Virus record (IMG/VR): IMGVR_UViG_3300036892_000014
Coordinates: 1 to 64,000 of that record
Length of the DNA stretch: 64,000 bases
Origin: a virus
Strand: one strand, 5' to 3'
Shown here: piece after piece, positions 1 to 8,466 of the stretch
Layout of the letters: each line of letters opens with the position of its first letter
How positions within the stretch are numbered: position 1 is the first letter of the stretch
Translations under genes and position numbers: made by a program
Notes under the pieces: generated by a model
What the model saw: only the letters and a program-made list of their open reading frames with translations
The model's database searches: none
What the model was told of the DNA's origin: nothing

Positions 1-26
1 GTATTGCCACTAGTAAAAGGCTCACG

Positions 27-287
27 TTACTCTCCCTGTATAAATTCGCGTGCGGTCTTGCGGTTCTTCACATGCTTTGCAATCTTACCCGAGTCTGGGC
101 GCGGGCCGACGCCTAGACACAGTAGCGTGGTGCCCGCGAAGGTCTCCGTGAATTCCACAACGCTACGGTTCAGTACGCGTGCCGCTACCGTGTGCGCTGT
201 ACGGGCTGCCTCGCCTGCGTCGTTATTGGCGAAGGTGAACACGTCCAAGCCTGCCTTGCGTGCATCCTCGAATGTTTTGATCTCCAT
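27..287 (-). CDS. hypothetical early protein
   Basis: 86-aa ORF with GGAGG RBS upstream of ATG. Confidence 0.6.
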   Translation of the reverse strand: MEIKTFEDARKAGLDVFTFANNDAGEAARTAHTVAARVLNRSVVEFTETFAGTTLLCLGVGPRPDSGKIAKHVKNRKTAREFIQGE

Positions 288-416
288 TTTATCCTCCGAC
301 TAGTCGAATGCACTACTCACGGCTCAAAGGCTGGTGCTTATTATTGTGCCAGTCCAGCGGCAACGCTCTGAGTGCACTCGGCTAGTCGGGCTCGCTTGTA
401 TCGAGCCCTGTGCTAG

Positions 417-542
417 TCAATCCTTGTCCTGCTCGTTCAACTTCTTCGCTTCCTCAAATTCGAGTTCGCCTTCGGCGGTTTCCAGATTCAGCTTGGCTTC
501 CGCTTCGGCGTTCAGCTTCTTGAGTGTATCTAGGCTCCACAT
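417..542 (-). CDS. small acidic early protein (41 aa, MWSLDTLKKLNAEAEAKL...)
   Basis: Not in ORF track; GGAGG RBS, directly downstream of promoter cassette 567-610. Confidence 0.55.
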   Translation of the reverse strand: MWSLDTLKKLNAEAEAKLNLETAEGELEFEEAKKLNEQDKD

Positions 543-566
543 TTGATGCCTCCTGATTACTTGTAC

Positions 567-610
567 AGTGTATTCTGAGTCCGAAAGTTTGTCTATAGTA
601 CTTTTGGTAC
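567..610 (-). promoter_or_regulatory. early promoter cassette 1 (GTAC box + TAGACA-17-TACACT)
   Basis: Sigma70 -35/-10 with 17-bp spacer; paired GTAC directly upstream of -35. Confidence 0.8.
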
Positions 611-838
611 CTATTTGCGGTCCCTAATGAGCAGGTAGCAGACAACCACAACGATGGGCGAGACGCCCGCAAACAACGCTGGTACCCAGAACGGGATGCT
701 TATCAGAACCAGCACGAAGACGGTTATCAAGACTCCAATCCAAAATTTGTCGCTACGGGTAGCGGGCTTTTCGTGGTAGTAGCAGGAAGCAACGAAGGCG
801 TCCTGTTTGGCTTGGTCGGTGTTTTGTTCTACTCTCAT
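611..838 (-). CDS. small membrane protein (2 TM)
   Basis: Hydrophobic C-terminal half; ATG 7 nt from -10 box. Confidence 0.6.
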   Translation of the reverse strand: MRVEQNTDQAKQDAFVASCYYHEKPATRSDKFWIGVLITVFVLVLISIPFWVPALFAGVSPIVVVVCYLLIRDRK

Positions 839-844
839 GTAAAC

Positions 845-887
845 AGTTTACCAGAACGCTGGGATATGTCAATGGTACTAAAGTACT
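845..887 (-). promoter_or_regulatory. early promoter cassette 2 (TTGACA-16-TAAACT, extended -10)
   Basis: Same GTAC-N4-GTAC box upstream of -35. Confidence 0.8.
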
Positions 888-963
888 ACCCTCAAGAAAA
901 CAATCAGCCCTAGGAGCAGCCCGAGGACTATGAAAAATTTGACGCTGTTCTTGGCGCTCAGAG

Positions 964-1161
964 TCATAGTCGTATCCTCATTTCTCTCAACAACACAAGG
1001 TCGGCGGCGGTCAAGAACGGCTTGCCTGGAGTCCGTGGCGTAGGCGTCGAGAGCGTGAACGGCTGCTGACAGTGCCAGCACTTACCAGGGCGGCCCTCGA
1101 TATGGGTTTTCCTCGCGTGATTCATTACACCGCAGTATGGACACTTCGCGCTAAGCATCAT
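964..1161 (-). CDS. small zinc-ribbon protein
   Basis: CPYC...CWHC motif. Confidence 0.55.
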   Translation of the reverse strand: MMLSAKCPYCGVMNHARKTHIEGRPGKCWHCQQPFTLSTPTPRTPGKPFLTAADLVLLREMRIRL

Positions 1162-1339
1162 AGTCGGCCATCCACTTTATCTTGTGCTTCGCTGGCTTGC
1201 GGCGAGCGTCTGGAATAACTTTCACCGCAGTTGTTATGCAGACAGTACGCTGTTGGTGCTTCCTCGCACGACGGCGGGCATCCTTCGCTTTGTTCATTCT
1301 GCGTACGTTTCGCATGGTTCCTCGCCATTCGGTAGACAA
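1151..1339 (-). CDS. small basic hypothetical protein
   Basis: Arg/Lys-rich ORF in the leftward gene run. Confidence 0.4.
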   Translation of the reverse strand: MSTEWRGTMRNVRRMNKAKDARRRARKHQQRTVCITTAVKVIPDARRKPAKHKIKWMADYDA

Positions 1340-1514
1340 GATACAGTCCGCCCAAGATAGAATTAAATATCCAAAGTAGTCTAGGCATCAGCGTTACCAC
1401 AGCTTCAGAATGAAGTGGAACAGTACAACGCCTATCGCGCCGTAGATCAGAAATGGCAGCGAGAGCACGAACAAGACGATGGCCGTGAGCGTAACGACTC
1501 TTGCAGTCTGCATA

Positions 1515-1784
1515 CTACCTCCCTGTGCTTTCAACAAAAGCGTTATAATCTGCCTCCACCTCGATGGTCAGATTGTATAAGGTCCGCACGCGGCGGTTGT
1601 GCTGAGCGAGTGCGTTTCCAATTGCAAACGCGTCCTGCGGATAATAGTCGCGACCGTTAGGCGCAGCCTGCATCACGGCTAACTGAGCAGCACGCAACGC
1701 TTCTAGCACGTTCTCATACTGCTTGCAGAGTGTTCCTTCGTCGGTGCCGTTCAGGTGCGCGGTCGGAATAATTCTCTTGCTCAT
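1515..1784 (-). CDS. phage hypothetical protein (PNGRDYYP motif)
   Basis: GGAG RBS before ATG 1784; ORF track extends in frame to 1922. Confidence 0.6.
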   Translation of the reverse strand: MSKRIIPTAHLNGTDEGTLCKQYENVLEALRAAQLAVMQAAPNGRDYYPQDAFAIGNALAQHNRRVRTLYNLTIEVEADYNAFVESTGR

Positions 1785-1918
1785 TTTGTTCTCCGGTTCG
1801 AAGTCTGAATCAGTGTAGCGGTCGTCGGCCATAGTATGTGCAGCGTTGGGGACGTTCCACAGCGCGTGGAGGTTAGCTACCGCATAGTAGAGGCAGGTGA
1901 GACAGATAATCGCTTTAA

Positions 1919-2272
1919 TCATTGTACAGACCTTTCTGCGATGCCCAAGAATATACGAGTCGGATCGTAAGTCAAACGGCCTACCTCGCGGTTGTATTCC
2001 GCCGAGAAAGGGTTAGAATCAGAGAAGACCACGAAGTTGCTCTTCGGGTCGAGTTTGTCATGGGCGCACATCTTCACCCAGAGGTTCTTCAAGACGAAGC
2101 GTTGTGGGTTAGTGGCTTCGGGTTCGCCGGTTTCAGGGTTAACGGGCAGAATCGCGGTCTCGCCGTTCGAAGCGTACAGCACGCGAAACTCGACGCCAGA
2201 GTACTTGCGGGCGAGACGGTTCAGGTGACGCTTGATGACTGCTTGGCTTGGTCGCATTCCCATTGCCTCCAT
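1919..2272 (-). CDS. early protein, paralog family A
   Basis: LW-x3-C...FVVFS..NP...EYN motif shared with 2326-2631 and 4097-4360. Confidence 0.7.
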   Translation of the reverse strand: MEAMGMRPSQAVIKRHLNRLARKYSGVEFRVLYASNGETAILPVNPETGEPEATNPQRFVLKNLWVKMCAHDKLDPKSNFVVFSDSNPFSAEYNREVGRLTYDPTRIFLGIAERSVQ

Positions 2273-2278
2273 GTAAAG

Positions 2279-2322
2279 AGTGTACCGCAACACCAGAATT
2301 CTGTCTATAGTACTTTAGTACC
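2279..2322 (-). promoter_or_regulatory. early promoter cassette 3 (TAGACA-17-TACACT)
   Basis: GTAC box; 28 bp identical to cassette 7. Confidence 0.8.
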
Positions 2323-2325
2323 GAA

Positions 2326-2631
2326 TTATTCGTAGTACGTGCCGTCGAGTGAGCCTTTAACCCGGGTGAGACCGAGGTCGGTCATTGCAGCGTGCTTCGC
2401 ACGACGGGCTGCGTTGGCTTTGATGCGCTTCACCATTTTGAAGTACGCGGACATCCGGGTGTTGTACTCGTCGGCCTTCGGGTTGCCGTTCGAGAAGATG
2501 ATGCAAGTCGCCGAGGTATCGGTGATGCCGTCGATGGCGCACGCTTCCAACCAAAGGGCGCGGAGTTCCCGTTTCGCGAGCACGACTTGATTGTATTCTT
2601 TGACGGTGTAGTTTGACATTGTGTCCCTCAT
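2326..2631 (-). CDS. early protein, paralog family A
   Basis: LWLEAC..DG...IIFSNGNP...EYN. Confidence 0.7.
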   Translation of the reverse strand: MRDTMSNYTVKEYNQVVLAKRELRALWLEACAIDGITDTSATCIIFSNGNPKADEYNTRMSAYFKMVKRIKANAARRAKHAAMTDLGLTRVKGSLDGTYYE

Positions 2632-2637
2632 GAAACC

Positions 2638-2681
2638 AGTATCGCATGCGCTCCGAAATTGGTCAATGGTACTTTGGTACT
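2638..2681 (-). promoter_or_regulatory. early promoter cassette 4 (TTGACC-17-GATACT)
   Basis: GTAC box upstream of -35. Confidence 0.75.
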
Positions 2682-2877
2682 AAAGATTCATCGCCTTCGT
2701 GAAGTCAGGGAGTTCGTTGTTATCTTCCACGACTCGGAAACCGTGCCAACCGTCCTTAGACGCAGCTTCTTTGACCTTTTCAACTTGCTTCGCAGTCAAC
2801 GCCATGCTGGTGAGTGTTTTCTCATCCAGTCGGTCATTCGAGTTCTTCGGCATCGCCCAAACAATGTAGAGTTTCAT
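2680..2877 (-). CDS. hypothetical early protein
   Basis: 65-aa ORF with GAGG RBS, between two promoter cassettes. Confidence 0.65.
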   Translation of the reverse strand: MKLYIVWAMPKNSNDRLDEKTLTSMALTAKQVEKVKEAASKDGWHGFRVVEDNNELPDFTKAMNL

Positions 2878-2900
2878 GATATGCCTCGCTTTCTGAAACC

Positions 2901-2944
2901 ATCATCTCACGCATGCGGATGGTTGGCAATGGTACTTTAGTACC
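2901..2944 (-). promoter_or_regulatory. early promoter cassette 5 (TTGCCA-17-GATGAT)
   Basis: GTAC box upstream of -35. Confidence 0.7.
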
Positions 2945-2946
2945 GA

Positions 2947-3129
2947 TTATCGCAGGCCGATAAACTGACCGTACTCCGTCTTGTACCAGTTACCGATGCG
3001 AGAACGTACCTCGCCGATAAACTTCATTTTGCAGAACCGTAGAGGTACGAGGTACAGCTTGTCTCCGCTTGCTTGTCCGGATGCGACAGGGACTGCAGTC
3101 TTGCGGACTTCGAAGGGCGCTTTAACCAT
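2947..3129 (-). CDS. hypothetical early protein
   Basis: GGAG RBS, between cassettes. Confidence 0.55.
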   Translation of the reverse strand: MVKAPFEVRKTAVPVASGQASGDKLYLVPLRFCKMKFIGEVRSRIGNWYKTEYGQFIGLR

Positions 3130-3241
3130 TGAGTGTTCTCCCTACTAAGGGCCGCTGTAGTCGATTGCGACATATTGCGGGCCTTAGAAGGGGGGCGAGG
3201 TCTCTCAGGTCTCGCCCTGTGCTCTCTCTCAATCTGTAACC

Positions 3242-3286
3242 AGTGTACACCCGGCGCTCGATATCCGTCAATGGTACGTTGGTACT
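3242..3286 (-). promoter_or_regulatory. early promoter cassette 6 (TTGACG-18-TACACT)
   Basis: GTAC-N4-GTAC box upstream of -35. Confidence 0.7.
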
Positions 3287-3704
3287 AATCAGTGTATGCC
3301 GCAGACATACCATTCTCATTGAACAGCACACATCTAGCGCTGTGAATCGGTGATGCTAATTCTTTCACCCACTTGTTCATCACAACAGCCATAAACGATT
3401 TGTCATGAGGATTATATCCAATCTTAACCGGGAGGTCTTTACCATTACGGTCTATGCCGCAACAACTACCAACCAGCAGCCCGACAGCGAAAGCGTGAAC
3501 GTTCTTTCTGTTTTCGCGAAGCACGCGCTGCCTACCGGATTCTCGAACTTTAAAGGTTACATCTTTAAGAACGAGACGGTGACGACGTGCAACCACTTTC
3601 CCGTTTTGCATGATTGAATAAAGCAGACGAGTGCTGCGACCGTGTTTTAAATTACGATAAACCCAAATACGCTTTGTTTTATCAAGTTTGGAAGTCGTCT
3701 TCAT
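3285..3704 (-). CDS. conserved phage protein (VYRNL...KNVHAF family)
   Basis: Recognisable phage family motifs; GGAG RBS before ATG 3704. Confidence 0.7.
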   Translation of the reverse strand: MKTTSKLDKTKRIWVYRNLKHGRSTRLLYSIMQNGKVVARRHRLVLKDVTFKVRESGRQRVLRENRKNVHAFAVGLLVGSCCGIDRNGKDLPVKIGYNPHDKSFMAVVMNKWVKELASPIHSARCVLFNENGMSAAYTD

Positions 3705-4096
3705 ACTCCAATTCCTCCAGTAACTAATCTCGTCGGATACGAGCAGCGTGTAGTCGTTCCAGCACATCGATGGCCACATCGTGGTCCATTTTATGGTCAT
3801 CAACTACATGGGTGAGGAAACGTAAGCCGAATCGATTGTGCAGGTATTTGACGCACATTGGCAGTTGGCTATCTCCACGTGTGTTGGGACAGATACGATA
3901 TAGACAGCGGGGGTGCGGGTGAGCCATCGTCGGAGCATTGAGAGCATTATAGCCAACCATCTGACAGTGCAAGCCAATGTGCGATGCGAACAGGAAAGTT
4001 ATTCATAAATCACCTCGCTCAGTAACCACCAACCAATCGTGAGCAGCACGGTCAAGAGGACCAAGCTGACCGAGATTTGCACGATCGCTTGACTAT

Positions 4097-4360
4097 TCAT
4101 GATAGCCCGAGAGACTTCAAGGTAGCGTGGCGTTCGCGGCGAGCCTCATTCTTCCGGATGCGTGCTAGGCCCTTGTGAAACTCAGCCATCGCTTCATTGT
4201 GCGCCTTGCACGCGGCGCTAGATTGATCGAACACCACAAACTTGGAATCAACTGGCACACCAGCTTCGGTGCAGGCTGCGTTCCAGAGTACCTTGATGTT
4301 GGCCTTCCAGAGATTCAGTTGGCTGACTTCTCGCTTGGTGAGCATCGGTGTTGCCTCCAT
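4097..4360 (-). CDS. early protein, paralog family A
   Basis: LWNAAC...SKFVVF...HNE; C-terminus RHATLKSLGL resembles KHAAMTDLGL of 2326-2631. Confidence 0.7.
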   Translation of the reverse strand: MEATPMLTKREVSQLNLWKANIKVLWNAACTEAGVPVDSKFVVFDQSSAACKAHNEAMAEFHKGLARIRKNEARRERHATLKSLGLS

Positions 4361-4366
4361 GTAAAG

Positions 4367-4409
4367 AGTGTACCGCAAGCCTTGGAAACTGTCAATAGTA
4401 CTTTAGTCC
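4367..4409 (-). promoter_or_regulatory. early promoter cassette 7 (TTGACA-17-TACACT)
   Basis: GGAC/GTAC box upstream of -35. Confidence 0.8.
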
Positions 4410-4471
4410 TGTTCTGGCTGTCACCTGAGACTGTAAGCGTTCCTAGTTTCATATGTTCACCTCAATCTGAG

Positions 4472-4500
4472 AGATTATCAGGTTGGCGACAGAATGTCAA
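4472..4500 (-). promoter_or_regulatory. sigma70 promoter TTGACA-17-TAATCT
   Basis: Consensus match with A-rich upstream tract; spacer contains a TGGCGACA repeat. Confidence 0.65.
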
Positions 4501-5710
4501 GTGTTATTTTTCAACTATTTTGGCGACAGGTCGATTCGTCGTTTGTTCGCCCATCTATCTTAAGAGATGTAAGAGTCTTAGATATCCTGAAGTTCTTAAA
4601 GCTCTTCAGATTCATTATAGATATCTAGATATATTAGGGAAAGATGCCCCAAATGCTGTCGCCAAAGGGGCGGGGTCGGGAGAGAGAGCTAATTATAAGT
4701 CATATTTAAGTTATAATTAATTATCTCCTAAATAGCGTAAGTCATTTGTTTTTATAAACATGGAAAACCCCGCGATAAGTATATATTATCTTTTGGTCAA
4801 ATATTGTGTGTGTGTGTGTATGGACGACACCGCTTTGGCGACACCATTTTGTTAAACTCTTTATTATGTGTGGTTTACAAGCCAAAAAGGTGTCGCCGCC
4901 AATGGAATCAATGACTTACAAGATCGTGAAATGGCGACAGGATCGTGGCGACAGCTTCCGGCCTCAAATTGATAAGGGCGACGGTATACAGACATCTTAT
5001 GAGGACACTAGAGGCCGACATAGTCTCAACGATGATTCGCTCTCGTGAGACGATGTCAGACCAATTCTCATTTTGAGACAAGAGCGTTGTTTAGCCTAAG
5101 ACAGGCGATGAGACAGCGCAAGTCATTAATAACACAAGCGTTATACGCACACATCAGAATTGTGAGACGCGGATGGTTCATCTGGCGCACAAAAAGCGAG
5201 AAAATTACAAAATTTTTACGCTTTCGATGCAAATAAAAGCGATTTTACGCTAAAACGTTGAAAACACACAAGTTAGTAACACACAAAAGCCAGATAACAG
5301 GCGGAACACTGACGAAATGCTCGGACGAGGTAGCTTAGCCAACGACTCCGAGAGACCTGTGGCAACGTGAGCATAACTAATCATTAAGCGCATCAGCAGT
5401 AAGCGCAATCAAATCAAGGGTTTGCAACAAAGTGCAATGAATGTGTAATCGGCAATAGGTTGGCATTAGTCGTGCTTTTAGTAAACGTAAGTCATTGAAG
5501 ACGAATGAGTTGCTGCTATGTTATGTGCTATGTTGTAGATAGCCTTCGTCCTATAAGTCCTTTGGAATCATGAGGGTGCCGCCAGCCAGTAATCCGCCAA
5601 GACACCCACCCGCCCCTCCCGCACGTTGACGATGGCGACGGTAGCAGTTTCAGCGTACCCTCTGCTCTCGTAGCATCAGGATACCTAAGTCCTTTAGAAT
5701 CAGTTAGTTA
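4483..5710. repeat. non-coding region with about 8 TGGCGACA-like repeats and about 9 IHF-like TAAGTC...TTA sites
   Basis: Repeats in both orientations at 4483-4985; WATCARNNNNTTR matches near 4906, 5412, 5698. Confidence 0.6.
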
Positions 5711-5940
5711 CATAGTTGAGCGGTCTGGGTCGGGTCTGTCTGTCAGACCACCTCTGCTAACCTCTGTATCATCAGTGAGACTGGGTGTCAGACCACCTGA
5801 GACAGGAACAATGACAACGGCAATGGTTAACAGAATTTTCGAGGCCGACTCACGTTGGCTCGCCAGTCTTTGCGAAGAGGAGCTAAAGCAGAGAGAAGCG
5901 ACGGCACGGCGCAATAGAAAAGTTTTAAAGGAACCAGCCA

Positions 5941-6483
5941 ATGAGCAGTGAGACGATTGCGAACAAAGCGCCAGAGTCATTTGGCCAAAAGATTGAAAGG
6001 GAAGCACTTGGTCTACCTGACCCGCTAACAGACCGTGTTCGACCGAACGAGTCTCAGGGCGACGTGCCCATCCCGAAAGAATTCCGCACCGCTGTTGACC
6101 CCGCGCTGTACCCGAAGGATGGCGTTGCCGGGGATTCGTCCCAGGCCGCCGTCACCTCGAAGACGCTTTACGGCACTGTTACGCTACCATCCTCTACGAA
6201 AGAGGAATCGACATGGGAAGAAGAGGGCGGACACCCCGGCTACGATGTCTCGAAGACGCCCCAAGAAGTTTTGGACAAGATCGTCGAACAGGCCGCCATT
6301 GAGTTAGGCACATCTGCCGCCGCAGCATTTAGCGGAAAGTCAGAACCGCCGCGCATGGTCGCCGTACAGATCGACACGCTGTTGGAAGGTTCGACCGCAG
6401 GCGATCTAGCTAAGTTTAAGAAACAGGTCATCGCCGCATTTAAGCATTTGGGCCTTGACGTGAGGAAGCACTTTGGAGTATAG
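5941..6483 (+). CDS. hypothetical protein
   Basis: 180-aa ORF, first long gene of the rightward arm. Confidence 0.65.
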   Translation: MSSETIANKAPESFGQKIEREALGLPDPLTDRVRPNESQGDVPIPKEFRTAVDPALYPKDGVAGDSSQAAVTSKTLYGTVTLPSSTKEESTWEEEGGHPGYDVSKTPQEVLDKIVEQAAIELGTSAAAAFSGKSEPPRMVAVQIDTLLEGSTAGDLAKFKKQVIAAFKHLGLDVRKHFGV

Positions 6484-6484
6484 T

Positions 6485-6697
6485 ATGGATGCATACCCGC
6501 AGCGTGAACGACCGCCCGTCAGTGAAGTGAAGGATGCAACGTGCCGCGAGAATGCTTGCACGGATGCAGCGAAGAAACAGTGCGGACGCAACGGATTTCC
6601 TTTCATGGACGACCGCATCGACGAACCGAACAAGCCGCCTATGCTGGCCGAAGACACAAAGTACGACCGAGACAAGGCGACGCATAAGAACGGATAA
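6485..6697 (+). CDS. hypothetical protein
   Basis: GGAG RBS, follows previous stop. Confidence 0.5.
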   Translation: MDAYPQRERPPVSEVKDATCRENACTDAAKKQCGRNGFPFMDDRIDEPNKPPMLAEDTKYDRDKATHKNG

Positions 6698-6917
6698 GGA
6701 AAAGAAATGTACGCAATTATCTGTCTCGTTGTTACGTTGGCTGTCGGGGCTCTGTTTATCGCGGCCTTCAGAAAATCTTGGAATTAAGGGAAACGAAATG
6801 ATGAAAGCAGTCCTGCATTATTTGGATAAAGAGATTTTCAGGCTCTCAGCGCAGTTGCGCTATTTGAAGAACCTGCAAAAGTTTCTTTCATAAAGTTCTT
6901 GACAAACAGGAGATATC

Positions 6918-7145
6918 ATGGTAGAATTCGTATTAGCAATCGGGGCTGTCATCGCAACAGCCGTCGCGATCTCGAAGCACTTCTCCGCGGCGCAGCTTAA
7001 GGTTGACCTAGCCTCAGCGAAGGCAGCCGTGGTGAGCGAAGTGAACAAGGTCAAGGCTACAGTCATCGTCGAGTTGGCCAAGGTCGCTCCGAGCGCAAGC
7101 GCGGACGTTCAGGCACTCGTGGTTAAGATCAAAGCAGTGCTTTGA
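6918..7145 (+). CDS. small membrane-anchored Ala/Val-rich protein
   Basis: AGGAG RBS, N-terminal hydrophobic helix. Confidence 0.65.
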   Translation: MVEFVLAIGAVIATAVAISKHFSAAQLKVDLASAKAAVVSEVNKVKATVIVELAKVAPSASADVQALVVKIKAVL

Positions 7146-7188
7146 TGCCTCGCTCTCAAGAGCAGACAGAATTCTGTAAAGTTTCAAT

Positions 7189-7265
7189 GGTGAGCCAGGC
7201 GAAACAGGTGACGCGCTAGACTGTGAATCTGGTTACAGTGGGTTCGAGACCCACGGCCCACCCCA
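7189..7265 (+). tRNA. tRNA-His(GTG)
   Basis: Cloverleaf, G-1, encoded CCA. Confidence 0.9.
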
Positions 7266-7336
7266 ATTTTAAATCCACGACTACGGTCAGGTGCAAAGTT
7301 TGAAGTTGAAGTTGCCGAAAGAAAAAGTTTAGATAA

Positions 7337-7414
7337 CGCGCCTGTCCAGGCATTGGGGTCGCCCCAGAATTCGGACCATCTGGTCCCGAACGCTCGCGAG
7401 AGGATCGGGGCACA
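7337..7414 (+). ncRNA. putative cloverleaf-like ncRNA
   Basis: Outer stem plus hairpins TGGGG/CCCCA and TTCGG/CCGAA; ATTTT trailer like the tRNAs. Confidence 0.35.
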
Positions 7415-7432
7415 TTTTAGAAAGCAGGGTTT

Positions 7433-7708
7433 ATGGCCGGATACGAGATGGATGTTCCCGAGTATCCGCACAGAATGACGTACCGCGTCGTCGGAGGTTT
7501 CCACTTGCCTTACGACGTGTCAAAGACTCCCGAAGAAAAGAAGTCCAGCCCGCAGCGGCTTGAGCAGTTGATCTTGGCAGGCGAGCAAGCGAGTATAACG
7601 TTTCGCGTTCTTCCCGTGGACATACAGCAACTGTACGTGAAACAGTTCGCGATGTTACTGGCCGAGATCGAGAAGTTGAGATTGAAGTTGCCTAAAGAAA
7701 AAGTTTAG
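7433..7708 (+). CDS. hypothetical protein in tRNA array
   Basis: 91-aa ORF; shares YDVSKTP with 5941-6483. Confidence 0.55.
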   Translation: MAGYEMDVPEYPHRMTYRVVGGFHLPYDVSKTPEEKKSSPQRLEQLILAGEQASITFRVLPVDIQQLYVKQFAMLLAEIEKLRLKLPKEKV

Positions 7709-7782
7709 CCGCTCTAGCTCAGTGGTAGAGCGCCGGTCTGAAAAGCCGGGCGTCTGTGGTTCGATTCCCCAGTGCGGCACCA
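7708..7782 (+). tRNA. tRNA-Phe(GAA)
   Basis: Cloverleaf, CCA. Confidence 0.9.
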
Positions 7783-7788
7783 AGTTTT

Positions 7789-7855
7789 GGCTGAGTATGC
7801 TTCGCCGTGCAAACGGAATGAAGACCAACCAGCGGTCCTGTTACCAGGAGCCGCA
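7789..7855 (+). ncRNA. putative four-way-junction ncRNA
   Basis: GGCT/AGCC closing stem with three hairpins; AAGTTT trailer. Confidence 0.35.
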
Positions 7856-7861
7856 AAGTTT

Positions 7862-7972
7862 ATGAAAACTAGATGGTGTACGATTTGTCACTGGTGGTTA
7901 ACATTGCCGTGGTCTCACAACCACTGCTCTAAGTGTGGCTCGCGTCTAGTACAAGTAGCAAATCGGTTTTAG
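7862..7972 (+). CDS. 36-aa zinc-ribbon peptide
   Basis: CTIC...CSKC. Confidence 0.45.
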   Translation: MKTRWCTICHWWLTLPWSHNHCSKCGSRLVQVANRF

Positions 7973-8055
7973 CCCTGCTGGTGGAATGGCAGACGCGCCG
8001 CACTCAAAACGCGGTTCCTTCGGGAGTCTCAGTTCGAATCTGAGGCGGGGCACCA
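7972..8055 (+). tRNA. tRNA-Leu(CAA)
   Basis: Cloverleaf, long variable arm, CCA. Confidence 0.9.
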
Positions 8056-8060
8056 AAGAT

Positions 8061-8142
8061 TGGAGTGACTTCGAAAACGGTCAATAAGTTTCGAAGCTTG
8101 TTGAACCGCAGCCTCCGCCTAGAAAGCGCGGGCAGCACTCCA
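8061..8142 (+). ncRNA. putative structured ncRNA ending in CCA
   Basis: TGGAGTG/CACTCCA outer stem, CTTCGAAA/TTTCGAAG hairpin, possible loop pseudoknot CGGTCAA/TTGAACCG. Confidence 0.45.
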
Positions 8143-8159
8143 TAGTTTTAGTCCAAGTT

Positions 8160-8366
8160 TGACCGCGTGGAAGGATACCAAGGTTCTCTCGTGAACGATG
8201 AGGCCCAGAAACGCGAAACGTCGGCGGACGAGACTCCGCAGGTAGTCGTCAAAAAGTTCGTAGGCATGATAGCGCGGCTCCGCCGAATAAATCGGTAAAG
8301 ACGGGTACGCCGACCGAGATCACGCTACCGATGTTTGATTGACAAGGGCCGCTTAATCGCGGTCGG
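8160..8366 (+). ncRNA. putative ~205-nt multibranch ncRNA
   Basis: GACCGCG/CGCGGTC outer stem; nested AAACGTCGG/CCGATGTTT, GGTAG/CTACC, GCGGA/TCCGC. Confidence 0.5.
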
Positions 8367-8371
8367 AGATT

Positions 8372-8461
8372 ACCCCGCAGCGATGGTTCGCGGCAGAGTT
8401 CTATAAACTCTTCGGGCCAGATAAGCCTTGCTATGTCGTCCGATTCGACAGTGGGGTACCA
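8372..8461 (+). tRNA. atypical tRNA-Ile(TAT) with long variable arm
   Basis: ACCCCGC/GTGGGGT acceptor, AGAGT-TCTATAA-ACTCT anticodon arm, CCA. Confidence 0.7.
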
Positions 8462-8466
8462 ATTTT

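Noticed and set aside
567-4409. Regularly recurring GTAC repeats as a CRISPR array or attC-like integron sites
   Set aside because: Spacing is gene-sized and irregular, the repeats are degenerate, each coincides with -35/-10 boxes, and no cas genes or attC structure are seen.
4805-4819. (TG)n microsatellite as a phase-variation switch
   Set aside because: Short and not within a credible gene or promoter spacer.
4175-5236. Plus-strand ORFs in the divergent non-coding region
   Set aside because: No RBS, repeat-derived composition, and overlap with minus-strand promoters.
8372-8461. Amber suppressor tRNA (CTA in the loop) implying genetic code reassignment
   Set aside because: The 5-bp stem AGAGT/ACTCT centres TAT, not CTA, and genes translate cleanly with TAG used as a stop.
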